Shown piece by piece: positions 39,021 through 53,144 of a stretch of 64,000 bases of DNA; position 1 is the first letter of the stretch; every line of letters begins with the position of its first letter. Origin of the DNA: Bispira polyomma. Taxonomy: Eukaryota. The stretch covers positions 2,604,001 through 2,668,000 of the forward strand of contig OZ287749.1 of assembly GCA_965649765.1 (NCBI GenBank), read 5' to 3'. Position numbers and translations under genes: made by a program. Under the pieces are notes generated by a model, which searched no databases, was not told the DNA's origin, and worked only from the letters and a program-made list of their open reading frames with translations.

Positions 39021-42000
39021 TTTATATAGGGCCGGATTATACACGTGTTGTAAATCGTTTGGAAGTGTGGAAATGGGGAGGAGGTGGGTTAGGAGTTATC
39101 TTGGGTCTAAGAAATTCAATTACACACATGTGTCCCATAGGGTTGGGTTTTGTGGGGCCCCAAAAATACGATGTTATAGTCACATGTACAGCCAAATCAA
39201 CGGTGCGGAGAATCCCCTTAACACAGCTATAAAAAAAGGAGGGGGGGGGGGGGGGGGTCTTTGGTTTGAGGGAGTGACTAGTTTTGGGTTTTAAGACCCA
39301 GAACTAATCATAGTAGATGTATTTCTGTCGTTTCAATAGACCCGAAAAAATGGCTTCAAATTGGTAACGTAGGATTTCCAATAAACCTTGCTTAATAGGG
39401 CGAGTGGGGAGTGTGAACACCAAATTAGTCATCGATATTTTGGGAGTTTGTAAAGAAAAAGGTGCATTTGTCACTGTTGGGGGGTTGAGATCGAATGTCA
39501 ATGCACCCGTAGTAAGATATTATGTCATAAAAAACAGTTAGTTGTCTGGTCTTTTGTAATAATGTCTGTTTTTGTACTTCTGTTGCTGGAGTCTTTGACT
39601 GTTCAGATAGCTATTCTTATCAGTAATGAAAAATAGAAAAAAAGTATGTATGTTAAGTTATTGGCTGTAGTAAGTTATTTAATTGATATTAATGACATGC
39701 CTGGATGAAATATCTGCAAAAACCATTTAATGTTTACAAGGTCATGGGCAAATTTGCTAGGACAACTAAGACTACTTGTCCCATCACCTGTCAGTATTGT
39801 CAGTGTGGAAAGATGGTCAAACACCTACTTATATAAATCACTAAAAGGAATAAAATGTTGACATTGAATGTCATCTGCTCACCTCCAAAGGAGGAAATAT
39901 GATGTTTTGTCATGCGTGGTCTAAACAAAGATTCTCACTGTTAATTTTTTTGTATCAAGAAATTTGATTAGCTGGTCAAAATGCCTTGAAGCAATCTGGT
40001 CAAAATGCCTATAGCAATCTGATGGCTGAATAACAGTCTAAGAATATTTGTGAATGTGGCGCCAGAACTTTGTTCACTAACCGTGAAACCCCTTTAAGTA
40101 GAACTCTCTTTTGTAAAAGTTCCTCTTTATGTGGGAGACATAACTGTAGCTGTATGAAAAAAAGACTTTCTTTGTAAACTTTACTCTGATAAGTGATAAT
40201 TGTACTAAAAACCGCATATCGTACACATGTAATTTGCATATTTTTTTTGGTACAAAATTTGAGTATAAATTATACTATTGAAAAAAACTCTCTCTTTTCT
40301 GTCAAAGAATGAACTTATAAAATACATAGTGTGTTCAAGTTAATTTTAGTGCAGAAACTAATCTAAAGCGATGTAATTGTATCCATTTTCAAGAAGTCTT
40401 TTTTTCTGGAGAGTTTCCGCGGCACATGGGCTTCTTTTGTGGTTTCCCAGAGTTTTCTGTTAAAAGCTTTCTTAATAGGGTGTCATTTTTTTGTCCAAAA
40501 TACATTACATCAAGGTACAAACGAAGGTAATCAAATGCAGGTAAAATGGGATCTTTCTTCTTTAGTTCTTTAAATCAAACAAAACCTCAATTTTTATTCA
40601 CAGCTTTTAAAGGCCTCTACAGACTGGATCTGGTCCTATTTATTCATTGTGGATGTTTACGATTTTACTGAAAGAAAAATTTTAAGATTATAAAAGTATA
40701 GTGCCGTATTTAGATATCATCCTCTTAGGTGCACAGGACATTTTCAACGTGAAAGCACCATTCCATATCGAAATACTTATTGTATCGATCATATTTTAAT
40801 CGGACCCTGGTGTGCAAAGACCTTAAAGGGGGATGAAGTCACTGACCAAATTCACTAAGAGAAATATAACAGGCTGTAATAAATCAGGGTGTAGACCGCC
40901 TGTTACTACTTAGGAGGGGGGGGGGGGGAGATGGGGGGGGGGGGCGAGGCTGTAAAACCACTGTTATCACAATTCTAATAAAGGTTATTACCCCCAAGAA
41001 TGTCCTGTGAAATCTTCTGGCCATAAGTGGTTGTTTAATTTCTCCTTTTTTGAGAGAAGATGGATACTCCCCCCCCCCCCCCCCCCCACCTTCCTCTTTT
41101 CCTCTCTCACCACACCTCACCCCTCCTCCCCCAAAAAATATAAAATAATAATTAATTTTTTTTTTTTCATCCTCAGACGATTTTTTTTATGCTTAAACTT
41201 CCTGGCTGTTTTGAGTGTACCAAGTTTATATCTATGGACGAGTTTATGACCGACGCAGGCGGGCCGGCTCTAAGTGGCCACTCTTACGCTCTTCTATAAT
41301 AATGTGCGCTGACGTATGTTGTAAGGTTGTAATACTGTTAACTTTGTTCATGTATCATAAATATCACATCATCTTCAGAAAATCACGTGGACACATTCAT
41401 TTTTTTCCTTTTATGTAGTTTTTTTTCACACAGATTTTTTTTATTCGAGATTCTCTACAAAGCTGACATTATTTTTTTCTGTGGTTTGACTTCCAATTTT
41501 TTTTATGAGTCTCAGTACATTGAAAGAGCAGAAGTCCAGTAAAACCTGTATTATATGAATATAATAATAGAAAGTTCATGAAATATGTAAAATAATAGAC
41601 AAAAATGTCAATTAATGAGATTGAAATAACCTCTTCATGGAAATAACCTTGTACTTATGACGATTCGTTTTGATAGAGGTTTTAGCGCAGAATTTAAATA
41701 TACAGGCACATTTTGGGCACCTTTAGCAGAAGGTTATATTGAAACAATACAGGCATTTTGATATGAAGGGCAATTAGAATATGTAAAGTTTTGGGAGAGC
41801 AGATATGTGTTCATAAAATCGAATATTTGGATAATAGAATTTGTTCAGATAATAGAGGTTTTACTGTATTTTTAGCCCATCTATATAGGGTTTTGGGCCA
41901 TAGTATTTTTGTAAGTGGATGCTGTCTAATTAGTATTAGTTTGACATTTGTATCCAAACAATTACATTTTGTAGCCTTATTTATTTACAACCTATATTTT

Positions 42001-43143
42001 ATTTTGTGGCTTTGAAATTGATATAGTCATGTGGGCATGTAAATCTTATGTGTCATGACAAAGTTAATAAAAACGCCTGGGTAAAGGCAAACTCTAAAAG
42101 ATGAAAATTGTAATATTTAATTGGATTAAAAACTCCTTTGAAATCCTAATCCACATAAATTATTGATGTAAAAACCTAAATAAAACTCCAACCCGACACA
42201 GACATGGGAACATACTTAAGTACCAACTGACAGTGTATGAGTCATCTCCAATGGTGGTGAATATGTTGACTTTTGAAGTTTATTTGGCTTTGATGTCTAG
42301 TATGAGAATATATTAAAGGACCATGGGCTTGGATCGAATGTTGTTTGATTTCCACAAAGCCTTTGACAGTAGCATTGTAGTGTTTCAGTCTAATTATGGT
42401 TGTTCAGCCTGTCACACACACATCAGGTTAACAAATAATGTTTTTAAAAAGGAAAATTCACATGAGGTAGAGTAAGGAATCGAAAATTCGTCACCCATAA
42501 AAAAACACACCAAATCAATAAAAACTGGCCGACAAAGACACGTAACTGGAATTTAGGCAAGTAAGGCGAAATAGTCGTAAAAATCTTAATTTCAGCAAAC
42601 GTGACCCACAATTCTAACCATAGCACAACATCTACTGGTGGGGCGAAATTCAGATACAGTGCCAAATTTTCGATTCCTTACTCTAGTTTCCTTTTGAAGC
42701 GTGCACCGAACAATGCGAAGTAGTAGAGGTTTTAGGCTTTGTTAGAGTTGACAATACTTGCACAGATTGGAGAGATATTTGGATATAGAGAAGGTTTTGG
42801 TGAGTTTGTCTGGGATTTTGGCTCATTGATTTCACCACCACTCATTTGGTTCCCATTGTGTTTCCAGAGACATTAATTTTGTTCTCAAATTTGATCTATT
42901 TCGCCCCTCCTTTTAAAAATTTGCTTTTCCAACCTTAAATTTCAATATAAAAACTACTCTTTATATAAAAAGTGGCGAAAAAACTATCATACCCCAAAGT
43001 AAAATTAAAGTACTTCTAAAATACAGGAGCAAAATAGATTTGAGCAAAAATCATAATATGCAAAATGAACATAGACCATGTCAAAACATGATGGATAGGA
43101 GAATAAAAATGCTTTAGAACGGTGTCCTGTCATTTCCACAAAA

Positions 43144-43208
43144 TTCAAAAGTTTCCAAAACCAAGTTTAAATCAGAGAGATTTAAACTTGGTTTTGGAAA
43201 CTTTTGAA
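43144..43208. repeat. Perfect inverted repeat, 30-bp stem with 5-nt loop
   Basis: ttcaaaagtttccaaaaccaagtttaaatc-agaga-gatttaaacttggttttggaaacttttgaa. Confidence 0.95.
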
Positions 43209-46200
43209 ATTGTTAGCTTTCCTGCTTAAAAATTATATGCGAAGCCGTGATTGAATACCAGTAGTAGTCTGTGGTGTGTGTTTTATTGACTCCAGCTATG
43301 TTAACAATTATCGAAACATTTTCTTCAGTTCCCGGCAATAGTATTCTCTTAGGGGTTAAAAGGGTTACGATGTGCATCCCACCTGTGTATGTGGACTGGA
43401 TTGCTGTGTGACCCAATATTAACTATATTTTAAGAGAAAAAATTCATAATTTTACTTATTTGAAATTGAGAAACTAAAACTACACAGGAGTATGACCACA
43501 GGACAAGGTAAATAATATGTTTGGCTTGATTTCCGTCAATGAGAGACTCCTTTCAAAAACTGAGAAAATGGGAACCGGCCATGAATTATCCCTGTTTTAA
43601 AAAAGCATATATTTACTCACTGTGTGGGATCTTTAATTGTTTTACATGGAATAATACAAACATAGCTATTTAGTCTGTGCCTTGGTGACTAAAAGGATAA
43701 TAAGAAATTCATAATAATAGTTCCCGTATTTGATTTTGTGCACCTGACTTATTATTTATTGTAAAGCTTGTTTTCTTTAAAAACATGGGACAGAATCATA
43801 GTAATCCACAAAAGGCATGTTTTTTTTGGTGTTCATAGAAAAATGGTCTTGACATTTAAATTGTTTGAATCATGTTCCATGAAAAGAAAAAGAAATAAAT
43901 TATTGACACCAAAAAAAAAAAAGAAATAAAAAAATTCTTTTTGTGTGTGGATTGTTTGATTGAAGAGAAATGAAAATGCATGTGTGTTTGGAATGTCACC
44001 AATGTTGTGAATACATTAAAATAACATTAATTTGGGAGCCCTTTGTAGCCAAGAGTGTACTATTCGTGGGTGACTTCAATAGCTCATTTGTTAGTTGGCG
44101 GTGGGGGTAATGTATCTTGTTTGTACTGGAATAGCTATCACATTTTGGCCATATGACCCTAACTTTCATAAATCTACCTGAATTGGTTTGGCAAGTCTTT
44201 TTTTCCTTATCTGTTGTGGTCCCTTATTATTGCTTATAACAAAGGGGGTGATTAAGTCTGACTTTTGGGGTCTTAAACCCCAAGGTCTTTCATCTCTTGT
44301 TGAAGCTGTCTTCATAGATCAGGCTCGTTTTTCCCAGTAGATTTCCCTTGTTCTTTGGCACTTGGCGCGCAGTTGCCCCCAGTCAAGGTCTGTGCGCCAA
44401 GTGCCATAGTTAAAGAGAGTTAGGTGCTGGTCCCACTCTGGCGAATTATGATCATGAATGCCGGCGTATCCTGAAATTTGTCATAGTTGGTAGCCAATTC
44501 CTGCCGATTCTTGTTCATTTTTCCTTGTTCTCCCTCCATCGCAGTGGGCTATGAGAATTCCAAAATGTTGAAAACTCTCGCCATCACTCGCCGTCTTTTT
44601 TTTTTCGCCAAAAGTTTGCCATGGTTGGTAGCAGCTTCTTTGAAGTGGTAGCTTCCTCTCAGCTTCATCGTACAGATATGTCGCCAATACGTGGCTGTCT
44701 ACACCAAATTGGTTGGTCATACATTCACAAATGTTGATAACGAAATTCTTCCTAGTTGGTAGGTAGTTGATTCTTCACCATTCTTCCCTATTATCCATCT
44801 ATTCTCCATCCATTGAAGCGTATTATTTGACCCTTTTAGTGAAGTCGACTCTGGCATCATAATTTATTGGTGGATATAAATAGAACAAAATAAAAAGCCC
44901 TGCCCTTTTGACGGAGAATGATGAAGATTCTCTATCTTTCTCCAACATTACCCATCATACTCGATACTAGTACCAATGGGAGCTGGGCATGATTAACAGG
45001 CAGGTGAATAAGTAGGGTTCATGTTTTGTTGTGGCTTCCGCCACGTTAACCCCTGCCAGAGATTGGTAAAGGAGGGGAGGGGGACCAAAAACCCTACTGT
45101 CACTGTCACAATTTACACAATATGAAGAAAACGTAAGATGATCTTTTTGTAAAAAACTGTCCTCCATCTACAGATATGAGTAAATATATATCATGACAGT
45201 GATCGCTAGTGTATTTTATTTCTGCAGTTTCAATGAAATTTTTTTTTTTGGGGGGGGGGGGGGGAGTTACTTCTCAAAGAAGAGATTAACACCAGGTGGG
45301 ACGGACCTGGTTTCTCTTCGTTTTTTACGTATTTGTCTATGAAATCGTCTCTTCTAACCGATCTAGTCCCCCTTGTTGATGTCACACAAAGACCGGCACA
45401 CAACCACCAAACTCACTAGTATACACACCTAGGGTGTAAGTCTATTATTAGGTGTTAAAACATTTCACCCAAAAAAAACCAGGGTGGCTCTATCGGTGTA
45501 CAATAGGCCTAGTGTGTGTGTATTTGTCAACTTGTTTGTGGTGATAAATAGCAAGCTTTAACAAGTTTCTGAATAATTGCCCCTCTCAGCTGGTTTTGAA
45601 AGATAACAAATTACAGTGGAATGCCTTCTTAAAGTCTAATAATCATGTGGAACATGTGTCTGTTTCTGTGTTTACTTTTTGAGGGGAAGGTAAATAAAAA
45701 CAGCACATGATATTGTGTGTTATGAAAAACAGAAGCATGAAGAAGAAAAAAATCGGTGCTCTAAGAAGTGGACATATTTCTGAATTTTAAAAACTTAATA
45801 AATTACTCCAAAAGTAGGTATAGTCAGATTTCTGTGCTTGTCACTATTGAGTACAACTACACCATTTGAAAAAAAAAAATGGTTCGATCATATCACGAGA
45901 AATCAACAACTTAACTGAAAAAAACATCTTTATACTTGAAGATTGAGAGAGAAGAGCTTGGGTTTTGTCAAAATAATCGTTTCCAGCGAGAGATCTCCTG
46001 ACAAATATTCTATGCTCCCTCTTGACATTATTTACTTACGGTAGAAAATCTTGTTACCCTTTTTTACCTCTGACCAAATATTGACACAAAAGAGAAGTAG
46101 ATGATGGGTTTGTATAAAAAACCATGATGAGGCTTGTTTACAAAAAAACAACACACACCGCTGACTTTTTGATGGAATTGAAAAAACGAGTAGTTTACTC

Positions 46201-49200
46201 CAAAATCTACATTTTAGAGTGATTATAAGCAATCTTACAAAGTGTAGTTTTCATTATGCTGTCTATATTTAGCCCTTAGGCTGATAAATTACTAGATCTG
46301 TTATTGTTGTTTTGGTTATTTTTCTTTATCTGTCATTATAAACAAAAATCCTGCATGAAAATATATTCACCCCTCCAAAAAAATCACCAGATAATTGGTT
46401 GAAATTTAATTAAAGTCAGATTTTCTTTCTTCTCCCTCCTTTACAGAGTATGTGTATTGTAGATAAAAATACCCATCAGTCTCTTAGCCTAAAGAGATAA
46501 TTATAGGTTGAATGTATGGCCCCATCAGTGTGTTCTTAACGGTTCCTCTTGAATAGTGTGCGGGCCACCGTCCATTGCATACAAATTGGGGCTGGAGAGA
46601 CAGTGGACTCACAGTGGCCAGTTTGTCAGTGGACATATAAACTATGTACGCTCACACATACTTACAAAGAGAGATGTCTTGAATGGGAACTGATGTCTCG
46701 TGTGTGACCTCTGGCAGTGGCAGTCGTTTGGCTAGCCTTTATTACAGATTTGATGGTTTGGAGCATTTTATGTGTTGCCTGAAAAGTGAAAGTAATGTCA
46801 AGGAAAGAAAAAGAGAAAGAATGGATCTTGATTGAACATGTTACTTCAGCTATGCATGTGGTCTATGAATGTGTCTTTGAATGTATTTGGGTTTGATGTC
46901 GCTTTTAACAGCTTTGGTCATATTGTGAAGGCCAGGTTTAGTGGTAGGGAAACTAGTGCTGAAGCTACTGTAAACCTATGACCTACAAACTTTCTCACAT
47001 GAGGAAGGAATCTGGGTTTCGATCCCCAGAGGTGAGAGGCCAGTGATTTTAAACTGATATTTCAGCCTCTACATCGTTGTCAGTGAGCAATGGTGTGTTT
47101 GCATCTTGCCCAAAGATATTTATCCCCAAGTAAAATCATTTATATCCACTACTAGAAGTTGAACCGGGGAATCTTTTGATCACCAGACAAACTCTCTGAC
47201 CATGAGACACCAAGATATGTGAAGTATTTTTTTATTGAAGAGATTTTAAGGGTGATTTTGATAAAATTAGAGAAATTGAAGGAGAAAATAAAGCTAGATT
47301 TGCAGGGAAGTCATATTGTAAATGGGACATTATAAATGGGAAGGTATATTTTGGATTTTATGCTGAAAGGTCTAGTAAAACCAAATGGTCCCCAGTGTAT
47401 AGTATTTCCATGTACACAAGGACTTCCACAATAGCCTGCACTTGAGGTGAGTCTTAGTTTTGAGCTCAAATGTCTTTGGTGATTATTGGTCCAAGAGGTT
47501 TGCTTCTACTTGTGAAACCTTACAAATCAACATCTCTAATGATCCTTACTTGACCTCTGCACTATTTGCTCTGTTCGCTTCCACACACTTACACACTTGC
47601 ATCCATTGACTATTTGAAGAGCTTTCTATGGGAAGTGTTGTAACCTGAGAGGTACAATATACAGTAGTCTGAAAAGCCAAATAGTGTAGAGACAATAATG
47701 GAGAGGTATATTTATAGCACAGAGCTGGATTTGTGTATATCAGGGAGTTATATTTATCACTTTGGCAACAGACCACTGTCTCATGCTGGCGTGTGTGTGG
47801 GAAAGTTGGCAGTAGACTTGCTGAAGGCTGGTGGTTCACAGTACTTAAGCCTGGAAAAACTGGGGTACTCCACTTAAGTGAAACTCTCCCTTGTAATATA
47901 ATACAAAAGTGTTAAAAGTGACGCAAAAAGCATTTAAAAAATCCAAGGGAATAATCTACTTTATGAACCGTAGCCAATCTGGACAATATCTTGCTCTCTT
48001 CAAGAAATAGAGACAGTTGAGCTTTGTGATGAAACATGCAAACAGTGCTCCAGTTGTTGCTGTGTGAAGTACAGGAACTATATTTTGGATGGGTTATATA
48101 TCCCATCAAGTTATGGCCTCCGTACTTACAGAGTAAAATCTTTATAATCCAAACCTTGATCAACTGAATAAGGTATTACATTTTTAGAAACTCAATTTTT
48201 TTTAATGTCCTTTCAAATTTGTACATTACTATTGTCCTACAGTAGAATCTTTAAGTAGAACCAGTATAAGTCGCATTTCTCTATATTTAGAACCAATTTT
48301 ATGGTCCCATCAGTGAGAAATACTAGATTTAAATTTTGGCTTAACTAGAAGTTTACCACAACTAGTTAAGCCAATTCCTGTAGATATTGGGCATTTGACT
48401 TATACAGAGTTTTTACTGTATATTCTACAATAGTTTGACTTTATCATCATCCAGGCAAATGATCACTGTTCCATCGTGATGAGATAATAGAGATTTTACA
48501 CTAATCCCTATACAACTCTTTAGTACTTTATTTTGAGTGTAGAGACACACGTTGATGGACTACTGTCGAAGGCCTTGTCGCTGTCACTGAAGCTCTGACC
48601 AAACACTGGGGAGGTTTACACAGGCTGACAGGGCAAATGCTCACTGGGTGTGTGCTGTCAATACTTGTCTTAATGTGGAGACAAAAGTCGGGACTATTTT
48701 TTTTGTTGTTTTGGATCATTTTTGTAATGAAGGACCCTAAATATGAGGAGATATCCAAACAGACTGAGAGTTGGGGGCTATATATATATATATATATATA
48801 TCAGGGGTCTTAAACTTAATGTCATGCTCAAACTTAAATGACTATGTCTGTCAGAGGTTTATAAACTCATTTTAAACTGATGGAGCGGTGGTTATCAAAG
48901 GTTTTAAACTTAAACTGATGCTTAAGCTTGTGGCCAATAAATCAAAAGTCAGATTCAAAAAATATTTCTTGAGATGAGTTTAAGTCTTATGGAATTTGAT
49001 TATGAAAACTCCAGAAATATTAAGGACCGAGTATTTACAGAAGGTCTACATCTTAACTTTACGTTTTTTATCAAAAAAATTAAGTCTACTTTATATATTA
49101 GTCTAATTGTTAAGGACAGAAACACAAAATCAAACAAAAAGTCTTGTAACTGATCGAAGCTCAGATCAAATAGTTTAGAGTTTAAGACTTAACTTAGGCC

Positions 49201-50452
49201 TTTGTGTGTGAACACTAGCCCAGGACTAAATCCTGTATATATTCTGTCATTGATTTTGGATATCTGTTTTTACCAACGTTTAATACCAGGGTTGATGGAC
49301 AGACCTATAAAAAGGGGTCTTGATCCTGTTCTTACAGTAGGGGTTTTTCTTTTCCATTTCTCTGGAATATGTGTAAAAAGCTCCCTCCCTAGGTATAGGA
49401 CCTGGTGGTGAGGAGGAAATGGGAGGGGAGATTACTCTGCACATAATGTAATGGCCACCACCTTTTCTCTGGGTCCCATAATGGGCTGTTTACATGCCAC
49501 ACTACCAAGTGAGTTGTGCCATAAGGTACATCACCAAAAATAAGGCACTTTGTGAAGTGACTGGTTTACGCTCCCCACACCTAATAATAATCACTGGACA
49601 CTCACCAATGTGGGTTCGTATCCTGTTTGTTCCTTTATGTGGGAAAGTTTGCCAGGTACTTGCTGTACACCTTATATTGTAACATGGAAAACTTAAAACC
49701 TATCTCTTCAAACTCGCCCCCCCCCCTCCCCCCCATAGCCATAGAAACCGTCAATTGATCATTAACTAAGGGTTGTTAACAATTGATAAAATGTTAACAG
49801 TTTCCATCAGTCTCCAAGAATCCAGGCGTTTCTACAATTCTTTTTGTCATCCATGCTACCTGTGTGTGGTGATATAAGAGGCTGTCTATATAAGGAACCC
49901 AGGTTTTTGTTGTTGGTAATTATTTCTAACCAGCCATTCACAAATCCATCCGCTCTGCTTCAGATAAGAACCAGAGAGCACCACTTACTAGGGTGTGGTG
50001 ATCCCTTATGTCAAACTACTGTAACCTACCAATTTGTTTGGAATTTCTTCCAGGAAATTACCCTCCAACAAGAGATGGAGGTTTCATTGTTCCCTTTTTC
50101 GTTAGCTGACTCAGTTGCTAGTATGTAGTAAATGACAAGGGTTTCAAAAAGCTGGTGTGTCTTTTACTATGTCAAATGGATAGAGCACTTGTCCCAGTTT
50201 TATAGTTGTCAATTAGTAATTGGTGGGTAGTTTAATTGTATGTTACTACTAGCCTTGCTGTAGGCTCAAGTTTCTCAGGAAGTCTCAAAATTGATTTTTT
50301 AAGTGATTGTAAGTTCTACGTAACAGGGTAAATTGTTCTTAAAAATATGGCAATAGGACCTTGAAATAAGTTCTACTTAACAGGTAAATCCACTTATCAG
50401 AGTTCTTCTTTAAGTGGCTTGACTGCATATCTATCTATATATGTGTTTTCAG

Positions 50453-50585
50453 ACTTGGACAGCCTGGACAGTGAACACTTGGACCCCCCTCCCCCACCCG
50501 CTGGTCAGCCCGTCGTGATACCAGTCAACTCCAAGTACAGGGTGAAGTGTATACTGCCCAGTGGTCAGCCCATACCCACACAGAG
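50453..50585 (+). CDS. PTK7: PTK7/off-track-like exon D (linker and start of Ig4)
   Basis: Acceptor gtgttttcag|, donor ag|gtaggt. 133 nt; T|AC=Tyr joins exon C. Reads LDSLDSEHLDPPPPPAGQPVVIPVNSKYRVKCILPSGQPIPTQ(R). RVKCILPSGQPIP parallels human PTK7 RVTCLPPKGLPEP. No next exon was found in the window. Confidence 0.88.
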
Positions 50586-50629
50586 GTAGGTCATACCATA
50601 GAAACGTTACCAGAGAAACAGGGGCAGAT

Positions 50630-50932
50630 AAAAGGGCTTAATTGATCAGTGAATTCACAAAGAGAGCTTAATTGATCAGTGAATTCACAAAGAGAGCTTA
50701 ATTGATCAGTGAATTCATAAAAAGAGCTTATGGATTCAGTGAATTCACAAAAAGAGCTTTTTCATCAATCAGTGAATTCATCAAAAGAGCTTATGGATTC
50801 AGTGAATTCACAAAAAGAGCTTTTTCATCAGTGAATTCACAAAAAGAGCTTATTCATCAGTGAATTCACAAAAAGAGCTTATTCATCAGTGAATTCACAA
50901 AAAGAGCTTTTTCATCAGTGAATTCACAAAGG
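50630..50932. repeat. ~28-33-bp minisatellite containing the palindrome GTGAATTCAC, about 10 copies
   Basis: tcagtgaattcacaaaaagagctt(att/ttt)ca units starting ~45 bp after the exon D donor. Confidence 0.93.
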
Positions 50933-53144
50933 CTTGTAGTCTTAAACACAAGAAATCTATGTAAAAACTTGCTTTTAAAACCTCCTTATATTTTTGTCTC
51001 TGTGGAATAAAGCCATTTTTTATCCTTATTCTTGCTAACACTGAGACTGAAATCTTTACCTACTTTAGGTCAAAAGCTCAGACGGAACTCTTCTAGTTGA
51101 ATTCCTTTTTGGCACACCACCTCAGTACCTCAATTTTGCTGTCTTTCTGTTGGCGAAACATAAACTTGTATTTTCTAATAGTAAACGAGGCTAAAGTGTA
51201 CCGCAGAAATTCTGGATCACAGATGCACGTCTTAGCAGTTCGCGTGGAGGAAAAAAAAAAAAAAAATAAACTTGTACTTTCGGTGAAAGTTCTTCCTGGA
51301 GAAAAGTTTTACAGAAAACATTCAGGGTGTATACTAAAAGTCTTAGTGATAGGCCAGGAGTTCAAAGGAGTTGTGATTCATGAGTTTTTGTCTCGAGTGG
51401 ACTTCTACCAGTTCAATCAGAGCCCGCCAATACATTACACTCAATAAATGGATTCCCTGATAACAATCGCTGGCTCAACTCCCTGGGATGTGCCACACAA
51501 GAAAATCTATGTGCGTCTCTGAAGACTGGATGTATTGAAAAGACAAAACGGGGGACAAATATCTTAATGTAAATACAACTAGAAGTTAAAAGAAATATAA
51601 ATCTGATTGTTATTATTAAAACCTAAAAAAAAGAAAGAAATATGGCATGTATATATCATGTTTGGATTGGTTGGTTAAACATCTCATTTATTGTAAATAA
51701 ATTTGTAAAATTTGATTATTAAGGCAAGAAGTAGGAAAAAGAAGTAATAGTAGATGAAATAATCAGGAATTTACCAAGAAAAATGTATCATTGTCCAATG
51801 AAATAACCTAAATGGGTCGAAACCATTTAAAGAATGTAATATAAAAGCAGAATCAAACAGATCTTTATGTTGTGGGTGTTGAATACTATTCTAGGGCTAA
51901 TGTCTTCTAGAGCCAGAAGTATGGTACTGATCTGTAATAAGCTGGAAAGAATTAGCTGTAGAGAGCTTAGCCTGTGCTTTCGTGTAGCAATAGCAGACAG
52001 AAAATGACCTGACAGCTGATCGTTGTCTATTTTATGTGTGATATTCTGGCCGATTTTTTGTGTGTAGAATTAAATAGGTTTATCTGTAAAATATGCATTT
52101 GCAATATGAAATGAAATATGACTTCTTAAATAAGATTTCTTATAGCACACTTATACCACATAGGGTTATTCCAAATATGCTTCCTCATGGGCAGCATATA
52201 GTGGCACCGAGGCTTGCTTGAGAATGACTATTTATCAATGTCCCCCAAGGATCTTTAATCTTACATTGAACTCAGTGACAGAGGACCGCCATTTTAAGTG
52301 GTCATCCAAGCCACTTTTTTGGTTTTCGACAGGCCTGTAGCCTGTATGCTGACCAACTTTGGGAGGCTTCCTGGGGTTTGTTTGGCTGGTGACAGTATAC
52401 ATGATTACCACTTGATATAAAAGTAACAAAAGTGAGAGAATTGGCATTGGCTGTTTGCTGCATCGAACCGCAGGCTTCTTCATCTATGCCAGTCAAATTT
52501 GCTCAAACAAGTACATTGTGCCTGAACCCTCAGGTGGCAGGGTAGTGTAGTGTACCTTTTCTGCAAGTTACTGCATGTGGTTACAGAGCAATGATTAAAG
52601 TTGATGCTTTCTTTGTACATGGATGTTCATAATACCGGTCGACGCGTATTTATGGACATAAAACATGGGTATATGTGACAAAAGTTTTATTTTGCTGTAG
52701 TTTAACTTAAAAACCGCAACTGACAGTATTTTGTTCCTTATGATATGATGAATGCCCGTGTACCATTTGGTAGAGAGAAAATCGGGTTCCAATTCAATGC
52801 AGTTAAACTCCATTGAAGGAAAATTTTGTTTAAATCCATATCCCCCTTTAATGTTGTGGGAAATACAATTTTTTTTTATTAAAAAAAATTTTGTATTAAA
52901 ATCTATATTCTTAAGTGAAAATCGTGCTTAAGTCCTAAAAACAGCGTCTCATTTCACTGGTAAGTTTGTAGTCTTTTCGACCATATTCCATCCATTCTCT
53001 CAGATTAATACAGATTATTGCAGGCAGAGATCCTATAAATCTGGCTTTAGTTTTTTCCCTTATGAGGGCCATGTCTAGCCTTGCTTTAGGCTCTTGTCTA
53101 TCACTATCAGTCAAGTCTCCTTTGACTTGAAATGAAAATATTAA

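Noticed and set aside
44481-44720. 79-aa ORF as a possible transposase or retroelement remnant
   Set aside because: No motif recognised, so it cannot be supported without a search.
50586-50615. Duplicated donor junction for exon D (ggtcataccata vs ggtcagcccata)
   Set aside because: Similarity is too short. The catagaaac motif also occurs at ~49740 and looks like a repeat terminus.
50630-50932. CRISPR-like array of ~30-bp palindromic repeats
   Set aside because: No unique spacers, no cas genes, and a eukaryotic intron context. It is a plain minisatellite.
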